Origin: an uncultured Planctomycetota bacterium
Lineage (GTDB): Bacteria; Planctomycetota; Planctomycetia; Isosphaerales; Isosphaeraceae
DNA: 64,000 nucleotides
NCBI GenBank assembly: GCA_963845755.1
Contig: CAWJTV010000020.1
Location: forward strand, 96,001 to 160,000
Direction of reading: 5' to 3'
How positions within the stretch are numbered: position 1 is the stretch's first letter; each line of letters begins with the position of its first letter. This document shows positions 53,168-64,000 of the stretch, one piece after another. The notes below the pieces were generated by a model. It saw nothing but the letters and a program-made list of their open reading frames with translations, had not been told where the DNA came from and made no database searches. The translations under genes and the position numbers were made by a program.

Positions 53168-53806
53168 ATGGACGATCGACGAAGGACAATCGGCCGGTGG
53201 TTAGGTTGCGTTTTCCTGGTGGCGCTGGTCGCACACGTTGTGGTGGCCCAGCCGCCTGTGCCATCGGACAGTTCGAATGTGCCTGCCGTCTGTAACCGCC
53301 GCGGGCGAATACACCGGATGTTTCACCACGCGGCCCATACCCTCGAAGACGACTTCATCGGCCATCCGGATACCTTCATCGAGCCCCCCCTGGGGGCCTA
53401 CATCAACCAGCAGTTCGCGGTGCAGGTCTCGAAGGCGGATCCGCATCGGTTCACGGTCTACAGCTCGGACTTCCTGCCGGGCACGGATCGGTTCTCGCCG
53501 ATCGGGGCCACGCGCTTCAACCTGATGTACACGCGGCTGTCGGCCTGGTCCGGTCCGATCATCGTCGAGTGGACGCCCGACCAACCGGCCCTGGCCGAGG
53601 GGCGCCGCCAGGCGATCCTCGACACTTTGGAGCGGGCGGGCTCGCCGGTACTGGCCCAACGCGTGGTGATCGGACCGTCGCCGTATCCGGGAGCCCTGGG
53701 TGTCGAGGCGGTCAACCAGTACACGAACACGATCTCCCGGAACCAGGCGGCATCGCGGATCTTCCCGCTGTCACCGACCGAGTCGGCTTCCATGGGAGTG
53801 CGCTGA
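53168..53806 (+). CDS. Secreted hypothetical protein in the secretin operon
   Basis: Signal peptide ending VVA|Q; stop lies 1 bp before the next ATG. Confidence 0.75.
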   Translation: MDDRRRTIGRWLGCVFLVALVAHVVVAQPPVPSDSSNVPAVCNRRGRIHRMFHHAAHTLEDDFIGHPDTFIEPPLGAYINQQFAVQVSKADPHRFTVYSSDFLPGTDRFSPIGATRFNLMYTRLSAWSGPIIVEWTPDQPALAEGRRQAILDTLERAGSPVLAQRVVIGPSPYPGALGVEAVNQYTNTISRNQAASRIFPLSPTESASMGVR

Positions 53807-53807
53807 T

Positions 53808-54973
53808 ATGACGATCCCTCCTCGATTCGGGCGGCGTGGGCTGCGGGATCGTCTCTCGATTTCGACGGTCTCGTTTCTGACGAGTCTCGCGATGCTTGCC
53901 GGCCTGGGCGGGGGTTGCGGTCTCGTGCCGCGCCGGACGACGCCCGCCGCCGCTCCGACCCCGAGCCCAGCATCCCCGACGATGGCCCAGGAGGCACCGG
54001 CTCCGGTCGCGGTTGACGTGACCCGGACGACAGTCGGCGATGGCACCACCTTCCACAAGACGGCCACGGATCGCCAGCGTTTCCAGGTCCACCTGGATTT
54101 CGGGCGAGTTTTCGAGACGCAGGGAAACTTCGACCGCGCGATGCAGGAGTACCAGGATGCCTTGACGGTCACCGAGTCTGCCGGTCATCGGGAGTTCCAG
54201 GCCGACGATCGCGCCCTGGCCCACCGTCGTCTGGCCGCCGCGCTCGATCGCGTGGGACGATTCCCGCAGGCCGAAGACCATTATCAGAAAGCGATGAAGC
54301 TCGGCCCCAAGGACTCGCGGATCTGGAACGACGCGGGCTACAGCTATTATCTTCAGGGGCGCTGGAGCGACTCCGAAAGGCGCTCCGAACCGCCTTGAAA
54401 CTGGCTCCGGAGGATGAGAGGGTCCGGACGAACCTGGGCCTGACCCTGGCGGCGGCGGGACGGACCCAGGAAGTGCTTCCCCTGCTGAGCCGCTCCGACG
54501 GGGACGCGATCGGGCACGCCAACCTCGGCTATCTGCTGGCCGCGACCGGCCAGTTCGATCTGGCACGAGAGCAATACCAGAAAGCCCGCGCCCTGCGGCC
54601 CGACCTGGAACTGCCCCGCCGCGCGCTGGCCCAGCTCGATCGCCAGCAACAGGCCGGACAGGGCACGGGCACCAAGAACCTGATGACCCGCGCTACCATC
54701 CCGCCACCCATCCCGGCCGATCCCCATGTGATGCGGGCTTCCGCCACGGCCTCCAAGAACGTCAAAGGGCGAATCCCGCCACCCCTGCCGTTCTCGAACC
54801 TGAGCGGACAGGGCACGGGCACCAAGAACCTGGTGACTCGCGCCACCATCCCGCCACCCGTTCCGGCCGATCCCCATGTGACGCGGGTTTCCGCCACGGC
54901 CTCCGTGAGCGTCAAAGGGCGAATCCCGCCACCTCTGCCGTTCTCGAAACTGACGGGTCGGACGTTACCGTGA
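53808..54973 (+). CDS. TPR lipoprotein (TadD/pilotin-like); frameshift near 54390
   Basis: Lipobox-like LGGGC; TPRs with WNDAGYSYYLQG, NLGLTLA, NLGYLLA. Confidence 0.82.
54656..54955 (+). repeat. 150-bp tandem duplication (50-aa Pro-rich unit)
   Basis: GGACAGGGCACGGGCACCAAGAACCTG starts at 54656 and at 54806. Confidence 0.92.
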
Positions 54974-55053
54974 ACGATCGGACGTGCCTCCCTCGGGAAG
55001 GCTCGGCGATGATAGCATGGGGACTGAGAATCAAGGGCAAGGTCGGTAATCCG

Positions 55054-55913
55054 TTATTCGCGCCCGTTAGACGCGACGAGGAGATCGTAGAACCGCGGCC
55101 GGCGATCGGCGATGCGGTTGATCTCGTGCCGCCCGGGGACGCGGACCAGGTGCTTCTTCCGCGCGCGGGACGGGTCGATCTCGACGGCGATGACTTCGTC
55201 TGTGTCGGCTCCGGCCCGGGCGAGCACAGTGCCGTTGGTGTCGACGATCGAGCTCGAGCCGATGAAGCGGAACCCGCTCTCCTCGCCGACACGGTTGACC
55301 GCCATGACGTAGACGGTGTTCTCCATCGCGCGGGTCGGGATCATGTGTTCGGCGGCGCATTCGGAGTGGGTCGGCCAATTGGTGGGGAGTACCAGCAGGT
55401 CGGCACCCATCAGGGAGAGGACGCGGGCCGTCTCGGGGAATGAGCCGTCGTAGCAGATATGCATGCCGACACGGATTCCTCCGGCGTCATGGACGGCGAA
55501 TGACCTATCGCCGGGGTCCACGAACATGTCGATGCCCAGGTACGGGAGATGCACCTTCCGGTAGGAGCCAACGACGCCGTTCGGGCCGGTCAGCACGCAG
55601 GCGTTGAACAGCCGCGAGCCGTCGCGCTCCAGCAAGCCGAAGATGCTGAAGCACTGGTGCCGATTGCACGCCGCGACAACCCGGCGCACGGCGTCGCCGT
55701 CAATCGGCACTGCGTGCGATAGTCCTTCCTCCCGGCTAGAGAACCCGTAACCCGAGAGGGCGCATTCCGGGAACACCACCAGGTGCGCCCGGCGCCGGCG
55801 GCCTGGTCGATCCGCTCCAGGATGCATTCGAGGTTCTGGTCCAGCCGGCCCAGTTTCGGCTCCATCTGGACGGCAGCCACGCGGTAAGTCGGCTCGGTTG
55901 ATGAAGTCGGCAT
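55054..55913 (-). CDS. Carbon-nitrogen hydrolase (nitrilase superfamily); frameshift near 55790
   Basis: VAAVQM, VFPEC, YRKVHL, ICYD..FPE, RAMEN. Confidence 0.92.
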
Positions 55914-55956
55914 AGTGCGTTGAACTCAACTCTCCAGGAGACGATCCGAGAAGCCT

Positions 55957-56018
55957 GTAGGGTGGGTGAAACCCAACCAGGAATGCGGCACAATACTGGT
56001 CGGTTTCAACCACCCTAC
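55957..56018. repeat. GTAG-type REP doublet
   Basis: GTAGGGTGGGTGAAACCCAACCAG ... CTGGTCGGTTTCAACCACCCTAC. Confidence 0.85.
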
Positions 56019-56050
56019 AAAGGCCCGACGCTGTCCTGGGACAACTCCGA

Positions 56051-57526
56051 TTACCCGAGCTTGACGGTGACGGTCTTGAGCTCGGTGTAGTGCTCGAGGG
56101 CGGCCTCGCCGTTCTCGCGGCCCTGGCCGGACATCTTGAATCCGCCGAACGGGGTATTGGTGTCGACGATGTGGTAGCAGTTGACCCAGACCGTGCCCGC
56201 CTTGACCTTCTTGGCGAAGAGGTGGGCCTTGTCGATGTCCTTGGTCCAGACCGCGGCGGCCAGGCCGTACTGGGTCTTGTTCGCCCGCTCGATGACCTCA
56301 TCGACGCCCTTGAACGGGAGTACGCTGACTACGGGCCCGAAGATCTCGTCGCGGGCAATCGCCATGTCGTCCTTGACGTTGTCGAAGATGGTCGGCTGGA
56401 CGAAGAAGCCGTTGGTGCCGACGCGCTCGCCACCAGTCAACAGCCGCGCGCCTTGCTTCTCACCCAGCTCGACGTAGTGGAGGATCTTGTCGAGTTGCTC
56501 CTGGGAGACCTGGGGGCCTTGCTCGGTCTTGGGATTGAGCGGATCGCCGATGACGCGTCCTTTGGCCTTCTCGGCGAGCCGTTCGACGAACTCCTGGTGG
56601 ATCTTCGAAATCGACGAATAGCCGGCTGCCGGCGGTGCAGCACTGGCCCCCGTGGAAGTAGATGGCGTGGAAGGCACCGGCAACGGCGGCCTCCATGTCG
56701 GCGTCGGCGAAGATGACGTTGGGGCTCTTGCCTCCCAGCTCGAATGTGGTGCGCTTCAAGGTATCGGCGGCGGCCTTCTGGATAATCTTGGCCGTGTCGA
56801 CGTGCCCGGTGAACGCGATCTTATCGACGTCCGGGTGGTTGACGAGAGCCGCGCCGGTGGTCTCGCCCAGGCCGTTGACGACGTTGATCACTCCGGCCGG
56901 GAAGCCCGCCTCCTTGGCCAGCTCGGCGACGCGCAGGGCCGTCAGCGGCGTCTGCTCGGCCGGCTTCATCACCACGGTGTTCCCGCACGCGAGCGCCGGT
57001 CCCCACTTCCACGCCAGCATCAGGAGCGGGAAGTTCCAGGGGATGATCTGGCCGACCACGCCCACCGGCTGTCGCAAGGTGTACGAGAGGAAACTGCCAC
57101 GCACCGGGATCGTCCGCCCCTCGACCTTGTCGGCCCAGCCGGCATAGTAACGCAGGGTGTTGCAGACCCCTTGCATGTCTCCCTTCGAATCATTGATCGT
57201 CTTACCGCAATTGAGCGACTCGAGGGATGCGATCTCGGCAGCGTTCTGCTCGATCAGGTCGGCCAGCTTGAACAGGAGCCTGCCGCGGTCGGCGGCGTCC
57301 ATGGTGCTCCAGGGGCCGGATTCCGGCGCCGGCGCACCGCCTTTACCGCCTTGTCAACGTCGGCCGCGCTGGCGGCCGCGACCTTGGCGAGCACCTCGCC
57401 CGTGGCCGGGTTCAAGGTCTCGAATTCGCCGCCATCGGACGGGTCCACCCACTCATTGTTGATGAAGAGCTTGGTCAGCTTGATCTTGGGTTTGGACGTC
57501 GGGGCCTTTGCCGTCGTGGTGGCCAT
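56051..57526 (-). CDS. NAD-dependent aldehyde dehydrogenase; frameshifts near 57325 and 56610
   Basis: [55 protein letters not shown]. Confidence 0.93.
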
Positions 57527-57717
57527 GGTTATTGCTCCTGGATGGTTGCTTGAAGGTTGCCTCGGAGCCCAGCGGGATAGTCGAATCGTCGTCGGCCTCG
57601 CGGGACATGTCAACCCCCCGGAGGAAGGGAAGCGATCTATCGCAAAGGGCGCGAAGGTCGTCGAGAAAACCGCAATGGGAACGACGATCAGACAGGATCA
57701 ATGGAAGCCTGAGCCGC

Positions 57718-58431
57718 TCAGGGATGTTTGCCCTCGTAGAAGATGATCAACTTCGGCTTGAGAGCATCAAACAGCTCTTGCCTCCCGGCCTGGGAAGTTT
57801 GTGTACCGTTGAGATCCAGCAACTCGAGGTGACTCAGGCCCTTCAAATGCTTCAGCCCGACGTTCGTGACCGCGTTATTGCGTAGGACCAGGAATCGCAG
57901 TCGATGCAGCCTTCGGAGTTGCATCAACCCGGCGTCGGTGATGGCGGCACCGTCGAGGGCAAGCCCTCGGAGATTCGACAGGTTTGAGACGCATGACAAC
58001 CCTGCATCCGTGACAGGCGATCCGCCCAGGTCGAGCTGCTCGAGTCCACTCAGATGCCCGATCTTTGTCATTTCCGCGTCCGAGCCGCCTGGACCCAGAC
58101 CTACATAGGTGACGTGGCCGAAGTAGTTGACGCCCAGCCAATCGACCATCCGCTCCGTAACCCAGGGAGGTCTCGTGAGTGAATTCCTGCCTTCTTGCTG
58201 CCAATTGTAACGGACCCAGCCGCCCGCTTTCTCGATCGCCGCCACCGCCTCGCGTTGGGTCCGCGCACCGCGTGCGAGCCAGCCCAAGCAGCCGCCGAGG
58301 ATCAAGATCCCGACGATCTGTCCCCGAATGCTGAAGCGCAGACGTGCCCACCATCGACGTGAGACCGGCTTCGGCTGGTCTTCCACGGCGGCTTCCTCCC
58401 GCAATCCAAGGGACACGGTTTGCTTCGACAA
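57718..58431 (-). CDS. Leucine-rich-repeat membrane protein (start uncertain)
   Basis: RFSIR...TM...QREAVAAIEKAGG; four L..L.L....(V/I)T(D/N).GL repeats. Confidence 0.8.
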   Translation of the reverse strand: MSKQTVSLGLREEAAVEDQPKPVSRRWWARLRFSIRGQIVGILILGGCLGWLARGARTQREAVAAIEKAGGWVRYNWQQEGRNSLTRPPWVTERMVDWLGVNYFGHVTYVGLGPGGSDAEMTKIGHLSGLEQLDLGGSPVTDAGLSCVSNLSNLRGLALDGAAITDAGLMQLRRLHRLRFLVLRNNAVTNVGLKHLKGLSHLELLDLNGTQTSQAGRQELFDALKPKLIIFYEGKHP

Positions 58432-59350
58432 TTGTCGGGTGTTGTGCAGACCGAGTCAATTCCGACCTCCACCTGATGATCTGACGGCTTGCTCGGCGCG
58501 TCGGCGCGACCTGAGAGCGCCTATCGGTTGGATTGCGCACGCCCCAGGACGACGCGAAGCCCCCCGCTAAACTTCAGGCTGAAAATAATTTCGGATTTTT
58601 TATCTGCCGCTGGGGCTGAGAGTTGGGGCGGCTCTCGGCCGAAATCCCCGCTAGGTGCATTAACGGTTTCCCAAAGTTGCGGCATCCTGAGAGTATGGCC
58701 CACGTGAGATCACTGCCGAAACGGACTCCCGGACCGCACCTCCCGGTCCAGGTCGTCGTCGCAACCGGATATCAGCCAAAGAGATCGGGGAGCGCAGACC
58801 CGGGAAAAAGATGTCCCATTGTGCCACGTGATGACACCCGCATCGGTCGGTGAGTCCCGGAGGGGGCCTGCGCTCGGCCGGGTGGCCAGGTCGGCAGACC
58901 GTGCCACAGCGCGGGGCGCGGGCCACGCAAGTGGAAGGCGCTCTACGATGAGCGTCGTCACCCAGGCGGGCCTTGACAACCCGGCTCTCAGCAGACAGCC
59001 AGGGTCGGGTGAGTGTCTCGAGAGTCGGTGGAAAACGCATCGTGTTTCGTTGACATGTCTGATCGGCCTGACAGAGGCTTCGACGGCGATTTCCGACGCG
59101 ATTTGCACCCTCTCTCGCCAGGTTCCGGCACGCTGGTGATCGGCTTATACCTGTTGCGTGTCAGTCCCCGTTTCCCTGGCCGTATGCAATACAGGCGAAA
59201 ACCGCTCTAATCGATGAAGAGGCTGGTGAAGGGCCACATCGCCAAACTACCCAGTCTACGCAAGTACATCGAAATGCTCCCTCGATCGCCCATCGGAAAA
59301 AAAAGGGAAAAAAACCGGCGCAATCCCTTCCGACTCGTGACTGAAGTTCC

Positions 59351-59980
59351 ATGAAATCCTCCATCGACTGGAACATGCGCACCGACCCCGAGTCGCTCTT
59401 GAGTCGGGCCAAGGCAGGGTGCGGACTCGCGTTAGGTCGGCTATTGGATCGGAATCGGCGCAGCCTGGCGGTGCTGGTCCGGGTCCAGGTCGGCCGCCGC
59501 CTCCAGGTGAAATTGGACGTTGACGATCTCTTGCAAGAGGTCTCGCTCGAAGCCCACCGGCACATCGGTCACTTTCGTGGCAACTCGGAGGGGGAGTTCC
59601 TGTCCTGGCTTCGAACGATCCTCGCCGCCATCTTGTCGAACCAGGTCCGGCGCTACTTCGGAAGTCGGCGGCGCGACGTTCGGCGAGATCGACCGATTGA
59701 GGGTGAGCTGGGAAGTTCGTCGGGTGCCTGGGACCTAGGCCTGGTGGCTCCGGACACGTCGCCAAGCCAGCGGGCAGTCCGCCGCGAACGGGCCGCGCGG
59801 CTGGCCGAAGCCATGGAGGGGCTGCCGGAGATTTATCGCCAGGTGATTGCCCTGAGGCATCTCGAGGGCCTGGGTTTCGCGGAGGTCGCCCAGCGGATGG
59901 GGCGCACCGAGGACAGTGTCAAGAACATGTGGGTGCGGGCTGTTCACCGGCTCCGTGATTTGTTGGAGGATCTGCGATGA
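59351..59980 (+). CDS. ECF sigma-70 factor of the planctomycete kinase-associated type (TIGR02984-like)
   Basis: KLDVDDLLQE, FRG.SEGEFLSWLR.IL, TSPSQ, LRHLEGL.F.EVA..MGR. Confidence 0.9.
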   Translation: MKSSIDWNMRTDPESLLSRAKAGCGLALGRLLDRNRRSLAVLVRVQVGRRLQVKLDVDDLLQEVSLEAHRHIGHFRGNSEGEFLSWLRTILAAILSNQVRRYFGSRRRDVRRDRPIEGELGSSSGAWDLGLVAPDTSPSQRAVRRERAARLAEAMEGLPEIYRQVIALRHLEGLGFAEVAQRMGRTEDSVKNMWVRAVHRLRDLLEDLR

Positions 59981-62616
59981 TCCCAGACCGCCGCGGAGGC
60001 GTCGCCGCGACGACCTGCATCCCGGCCGTGTCGCCCGACTCAGAGGACGACCCGAGAGTGGCCTCGGCCCTGGCAGCTTACCTGGCGGAGCTCGAAGCCG
60101 GGAAGCGGCCCTCACGCGGGGAATTCCTGCGCGCAACCCAGACATCGCCCAGGCTCTGGACGCCTGCCTCGCCGTTGTGGAATTCGTCCACGTGGCGGCC
60201 GCCGAGAGGTCCTGGGATGGCGCAGACTCGCCGCCCACGGATGCCTTGCCACCCAACACGATCCTGGGCGACTATCGACTGATTCGCGAGGTCGGCCGGG
60301 GTGGCATGGGTATCGTCTACGAAGCCGACCAGGTCTCACTGGGGCGCCGGGTCGCACTCAAGGTCCTCTCCGGCGCCGGGGCATTGGACCCGAAGAAACT
60401 CCAGCGGTTCCAGGTTGAGGTGCAGGCGATCGCCCAGCTCCACCACCCGCAGATCGTCCCGATCTTCGCTGTCGGCAGCGAGCACGGTACCCACTACTAT
60501 GCGATGCAGTACATCGACGGCCCCACGCTGGCCGACGTGATCCATCTGCACCGTCATCTCGGTCGGGAGGCCACAACTGGGGCGGCGCGTGGACCGGATC
60601 CTTCCTCCAACGAAACAGCGTCATCGGGCCCGGGCGAGCCGTCGGCCAATCCGTGTGATCAAGGGCTGATCGGCGCCTCGCCCTCGGGGCTCGCGAATCG
60701 TCCTTGCCGGTGGCCAGTCGCCTTCCGGGCGCTGGCGCAACTCGGCATCCAGGCGGCCGAGGCACTCGACCATGCGCACTCGATGGGGATTCTCCACCGC
60801 GATATCAAGCCATCGAACCTCTTGATCGATGCGCGAGGGAACCTCTGGATCACTGACTTCGGCCTCGCTCGATTCCAGGACGAGCCCGGCCTCACACGCA
60901 CCGGCGACCTGCTCGGCACCCTGCGTTACATGGACCCCGAGGTGGTCTTCGGTCGCCGGATGAGCTTCGACCCGCGCTCCGATATCTACGCCCTGGGAGC
61001 GACGCTCTACGAGGTCTTGACCCTGCGTCCCGTCTTCGACGGTGGCGACCGCGAGGAACTCTTGCGCCAGATCGCCCTGGTGGAGCCGGTCCGCGCCCGG
61101 CGGCTTGATCCGACGATCCCCCGCGATCTGGAGACGATCGTCGGCAAGGCGATGGCCAAGGAACCCGGCCGCCGCTACCAGACGGCCCGCGAGCTGGGCG
61201 AGGACCTGCGGCGGTTCCTGGAGGACAAGCCGATCCAGGCCCGTCCGCCGACTCCCCTGGAGCGCACGGCGAAATGGGTACGCCGGCACCGGGTCGTGCT
61301 GCTCGCCACCGCGACGGTCGCCTTCCTGACGATGGCCATCGGCGCCGGGCTGCTCTGGAGAGAACAGCGGCGGACCGCCCAGATCAATCACGAATTGTCC
61401 CTCGCCGTCGACCAAGGGGAGAGGTACTTCGACGAAATCATCCGGCTGTCGGATGAGCTGACCATGAAGGGGATGCGGCGCTTCGCCGAGACCAGCCAAC
61501 CCCCACAGCGGCAGGAGGGCGTTCGCGCGTTCTACGACCAGGCGATTGCCTTCTACGAGCGGCTGGCGCACCAGGCCCCCGTCACAACGCGGATGAAAGC
61601 CCTCGCCTACCGGCGGCTGGGATTCACACGCATGGTCAATCAGGCTCCGGGGGCGGAGGGCGATTTCCGCCGGTCGCTCGATCTCTACGAGAAGCTGCTG
61701 GCTGAGGCGCCACGAGACCCCGATCTCCGTCAGTCGGTCGCCGAAGTCGAATTCCAACTGGGCCTCCGGCGCCTGTTCTCTGGTGGGGGGATCAGCGCGG
61801 CGGAGCCGTCGTTCCGGCGGCTCGATCTCGATCGAGGAAGAGCTGGCGTCCGAATTCGCAGAAGATCCACAATACCTCCGGGACCTCGCCAACAAGCGGA
61901 TCCAGCTCGCCCTCTGGCTGAAGCAGATTGGCCGATCGACCGAGGCGGAACGAGAGTGGCGGCAACTGCTCGACTTCTTCGACGGGATGTCGTCCCGCTC
62001 CTCAGCGACACCAGGACAAAGCGCCCGGGTGGCGGCGGCCTACCAGTCTCTGAGCCAGGACCTGGCCAGATTTGGATGGCATCGCGAGCGAGAGGAAGCG
62101 ATCCGCCAGGCCCTGAAGCTTCAGCCGAACGATCCGGGCCTCTTCAATGACCTCGCCTGGGCTCTGGCTTGCCGCCCGGATCCCACACCGTCTCAGTCGG
62201 CCGAAGCGGTGGAGCTGGCAAAGAAGGCGATCGCCGCGCAGCCGAAGGATCGCGCCTCTTGGAACACGCTCGGCCTGGCTCACCTCCGTGCGGGTCATTT
62301 GCCGTTGGCCGCTGAAGCCCTGGACCGCTCGATTCAACTCCATTCCCAGGGCGGCGATGTCCTCGATCGGCTCCTCATGGCGATGATCTGCTGGCGCCAA
62401 GGCGACCGGCCGAAGGCGCTCGACTGGTACACCCGGGCGCTGGACTGGATGTCAAGGCACTCGGATTCCGACCCGGACCTGCCCACCCTCCGGGCCGAGA
62501 CGGAGGCCCTCCTGGGCCGATCCCAGTCCGCCGATCCGCGCCCGAATGCGGCGAGACTCAACCACCATGGCTCTGAATCCGGGAACACCGGATTGTCTCT
62601 CAAATCCCAGTCCTAG
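59977..62616 (+). CDS. Serine/threonine protein kinase with TM and TPRs; frameshifts near 60135 and 61820
   Basis: GRGGMG.VY, VALK, HRDIKPSN, DFGLA, GTLRYMDPE, DIYALG; TPR tail with NDLAW and WNTLG; ATGA overlap with the sigma gene. Confidence 0.92.
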
Positions 62617-62858
62617 ACGACTCCGTTGATAGCCCTGACCGTCGTCGAGATTGTCGTGGTCCGGTCGCAATCGGCTTGTCGGATCGCCGTACCCCTTCCA
62701 AAATGATTCCCACGACCTCGAGATCCGATGATCCCACCGGTTCGTGTTGGAGTCTCGCCTCCAGGCAGAAACGGGGCCTGTACGGCGGACCGGCTGGTGT
62801 CGTGGCTCCAACCGGGGAATCCACCGAGGTTGCTCGCTTTCAATCAAGGATCGATCCG

Positions 62859-63938
62859 ATGTGGTTGCGACCCGTTCGGCTGATCGGTTTCTCGCTGCTC
62901 GTGATCCTGTTCGCCTCCGGCCCAATCGGCGCGGGCGAGTTGCACTCGACGCGACTCTTTGGACCCGAGGTCCCGACCGGTCCGTACAAGCATCCGGCCT
63001 GCATGACGGAGCTGAGCAATGGCGACCTGTTCCTCGTCTACTACGGCGGCAAGGGAGAATACGCCACCGACACGGCGGTCTTCGGCTCCCGGCTAAAGAA
63101 GGGGACCTCGCAATGGACGCCGCCCAAGCCCATCGCCCAGGACCCGTTTCGATCCGTCGGTAACGGCGTGATCTGGGAGGCTCCCGACGGCGCCGTCTGG
63201 CTCTATTACGTGGTCCGGTACGGAGACACCTGGTCAACCTCGCGCATCCAGTTCAAGGTCTCGCGCGACCACGCCGAGACCTGGTCGGACGCCTCGGTCC
63301 TCTCGCAGGATGAGGGCGACATGGTCCGGGGCCGGCCGATCGTCCTCAACGGCGGCGATTATCTCCTGCCGATCTATCACGAGACCGGACACGATACCGA
63401 GATGGTCGGCCCGGAAAGCACGTCGCTGTTCTTGAAGTTCAACCCCGGCAAGAAGACCTGGACCAAGACCGGGGCGATCCGGTCGCCGCGCGGGAATATC
63501 CAGCCTGCGGTGGTTCAGCTCGACGACGGCCGCCTGATCGCCTATTGCCGCCGCGGTGGCGACTACGATCCCAAAACCGTCGGCTATATCGTCCGCTCGG
63601 AGTCTCACGATGGCGGCCGGACCTGGAGCGAGGGGAAGGATTCGCCCTTTCCGAATCCCAACGCGGCTGTTGATTTCCTGAAGCTCCGTAGCGGCCGGCT
63701 CCTGCTCGTTTTCAACGACAGCATGAACCGCCGGACTCCGCTCACCGTGGCCCTTTCGCTCGATCAAGACCGCACCTGGCCGATCCGCCGGAATGTCGCC
63801 GAGGGCAACAACGACTTCGGCTATCCCAGTGCATTCCAGGCGCGCGACGGCCGCATCCATGTGGTGTTCACGTCGGATCGCCGGTCGGTCGTCAATCACG
63901 CGGTCTTTGATGAAGATTGGGTGATCCAGCCCAGGTGA
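62859..63938 (+). CDS. Secreted BNR/Asp-box sialidase-like protein
   Basis: Signal peptide; S.D.(A/G/D).TW Asp-boxes; R..PI, IQP and YPS motifs. Confidence 0.85.
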   Translation: MWLRPVRLIGFSLLVILFASGPIGAGELHSTRLFGPEVPTGPYKHPACMTELSNGDLFLVYYGGKGEYATDTAVFGSRLKKGTSQWTPPKPIAQDPFRSVGNGVIWEAPDGAVWLYYVVRYGDTWSTSRIQFKVSRDHAETWSDASVLSQDEGDMVRGRPIVLNGGDYLLPIYHETGHDTEMVGPESTSLFLKFNPGKKTWTKTGAIRSPRGNIQPAVVQLDDGRLIAYCRRGGDYDPKTVGYIVRSESHDGGRTWSEGKDSPFPNPNAAVDFLKLRSGRLLLVFNDSMNRRTPLTVALSLDQDRTWPIRRNVAEGNNDFGYPSAFQARDGRIHVVFTSDRRSVVNHAVFDEDWVIQPR

Positions 63939-64000
63939 AAGCCTTCTTTCATCTGTGCCGAATCTTGCTCACGAAGACTCTCGCAGTCCTCTATCTCCTC

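Noticed and set aside
58432..59350. ORFs or ncRNA in the 900-bp divergent intergenic region
   Set aside because: Only A/T tracts consistent with promoters; no supportable ORF or structure.
59351..62616. ECF sigma plus Ser/Thr kinase as a novel system
   Set aside because: This pairing is a known, abundant planctomycete arrangement.

Overview
GC-rich bacterial chromosomal window, most likely from a planctomycete (Isosphaeraceae-like; inferred from the 'E-x-L/M-E-x-R-x-L-L-S' extracellular motif, the TM-anchored and kinase-coupled ECF sigma factors, the integrase type and heptamer repeats). About 17 otherwise healthy genes, including pyrF and rny, are split by small frameshifts, which most likely reflects long-read indel error. 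Layout: (1-3.7 kb) OmpR/CpxRA-like two-component operon headed by an unusual secreted Gly/Met/Ser-rich protein with two LTxxQ-containing repeats and an upstream TTAACA direct repeat. (4-5.5 kb) DUF4874/DUF4832 protein. (5.6-13.9 kb) genuinely decayed accessory island: glycosyltransferases, an HddA-like kinase carrying a MITE, ParDE, IS66, a VapC tail, three pieces of a phosphorothioation-associated methyltransferase, a Shedu/DUF4263-like remnant, and a pair of Tat-signal paralogues of unknown function. (14.9-19.8 kb) large beta-helix/DUF11/Calx-beta surface protein, then pyrF. (21.3-27 kb) tRNA-Pro(GGG) with a dead integrase islet. Then rny-ymdB, an NtrC-type two-component system, an ECF sigma, a serine hydrolase, a WD40 protein, an acyl-CoA ligase, a GT-C-like protein, an ABC-2 system, an SDR, a KaiC-like ATPase, a secretin-TPR operon, nitrilase and ALDH, an LRR protein, an ECF sigma/Ser-Thr kinase pair and a sialidase-like protein. 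No CRISPR array or rRNA was seen. The best candidates for something new are the CpxP-like operon and the Tat paralogue pair; both are inferences that need homology and structure searches.
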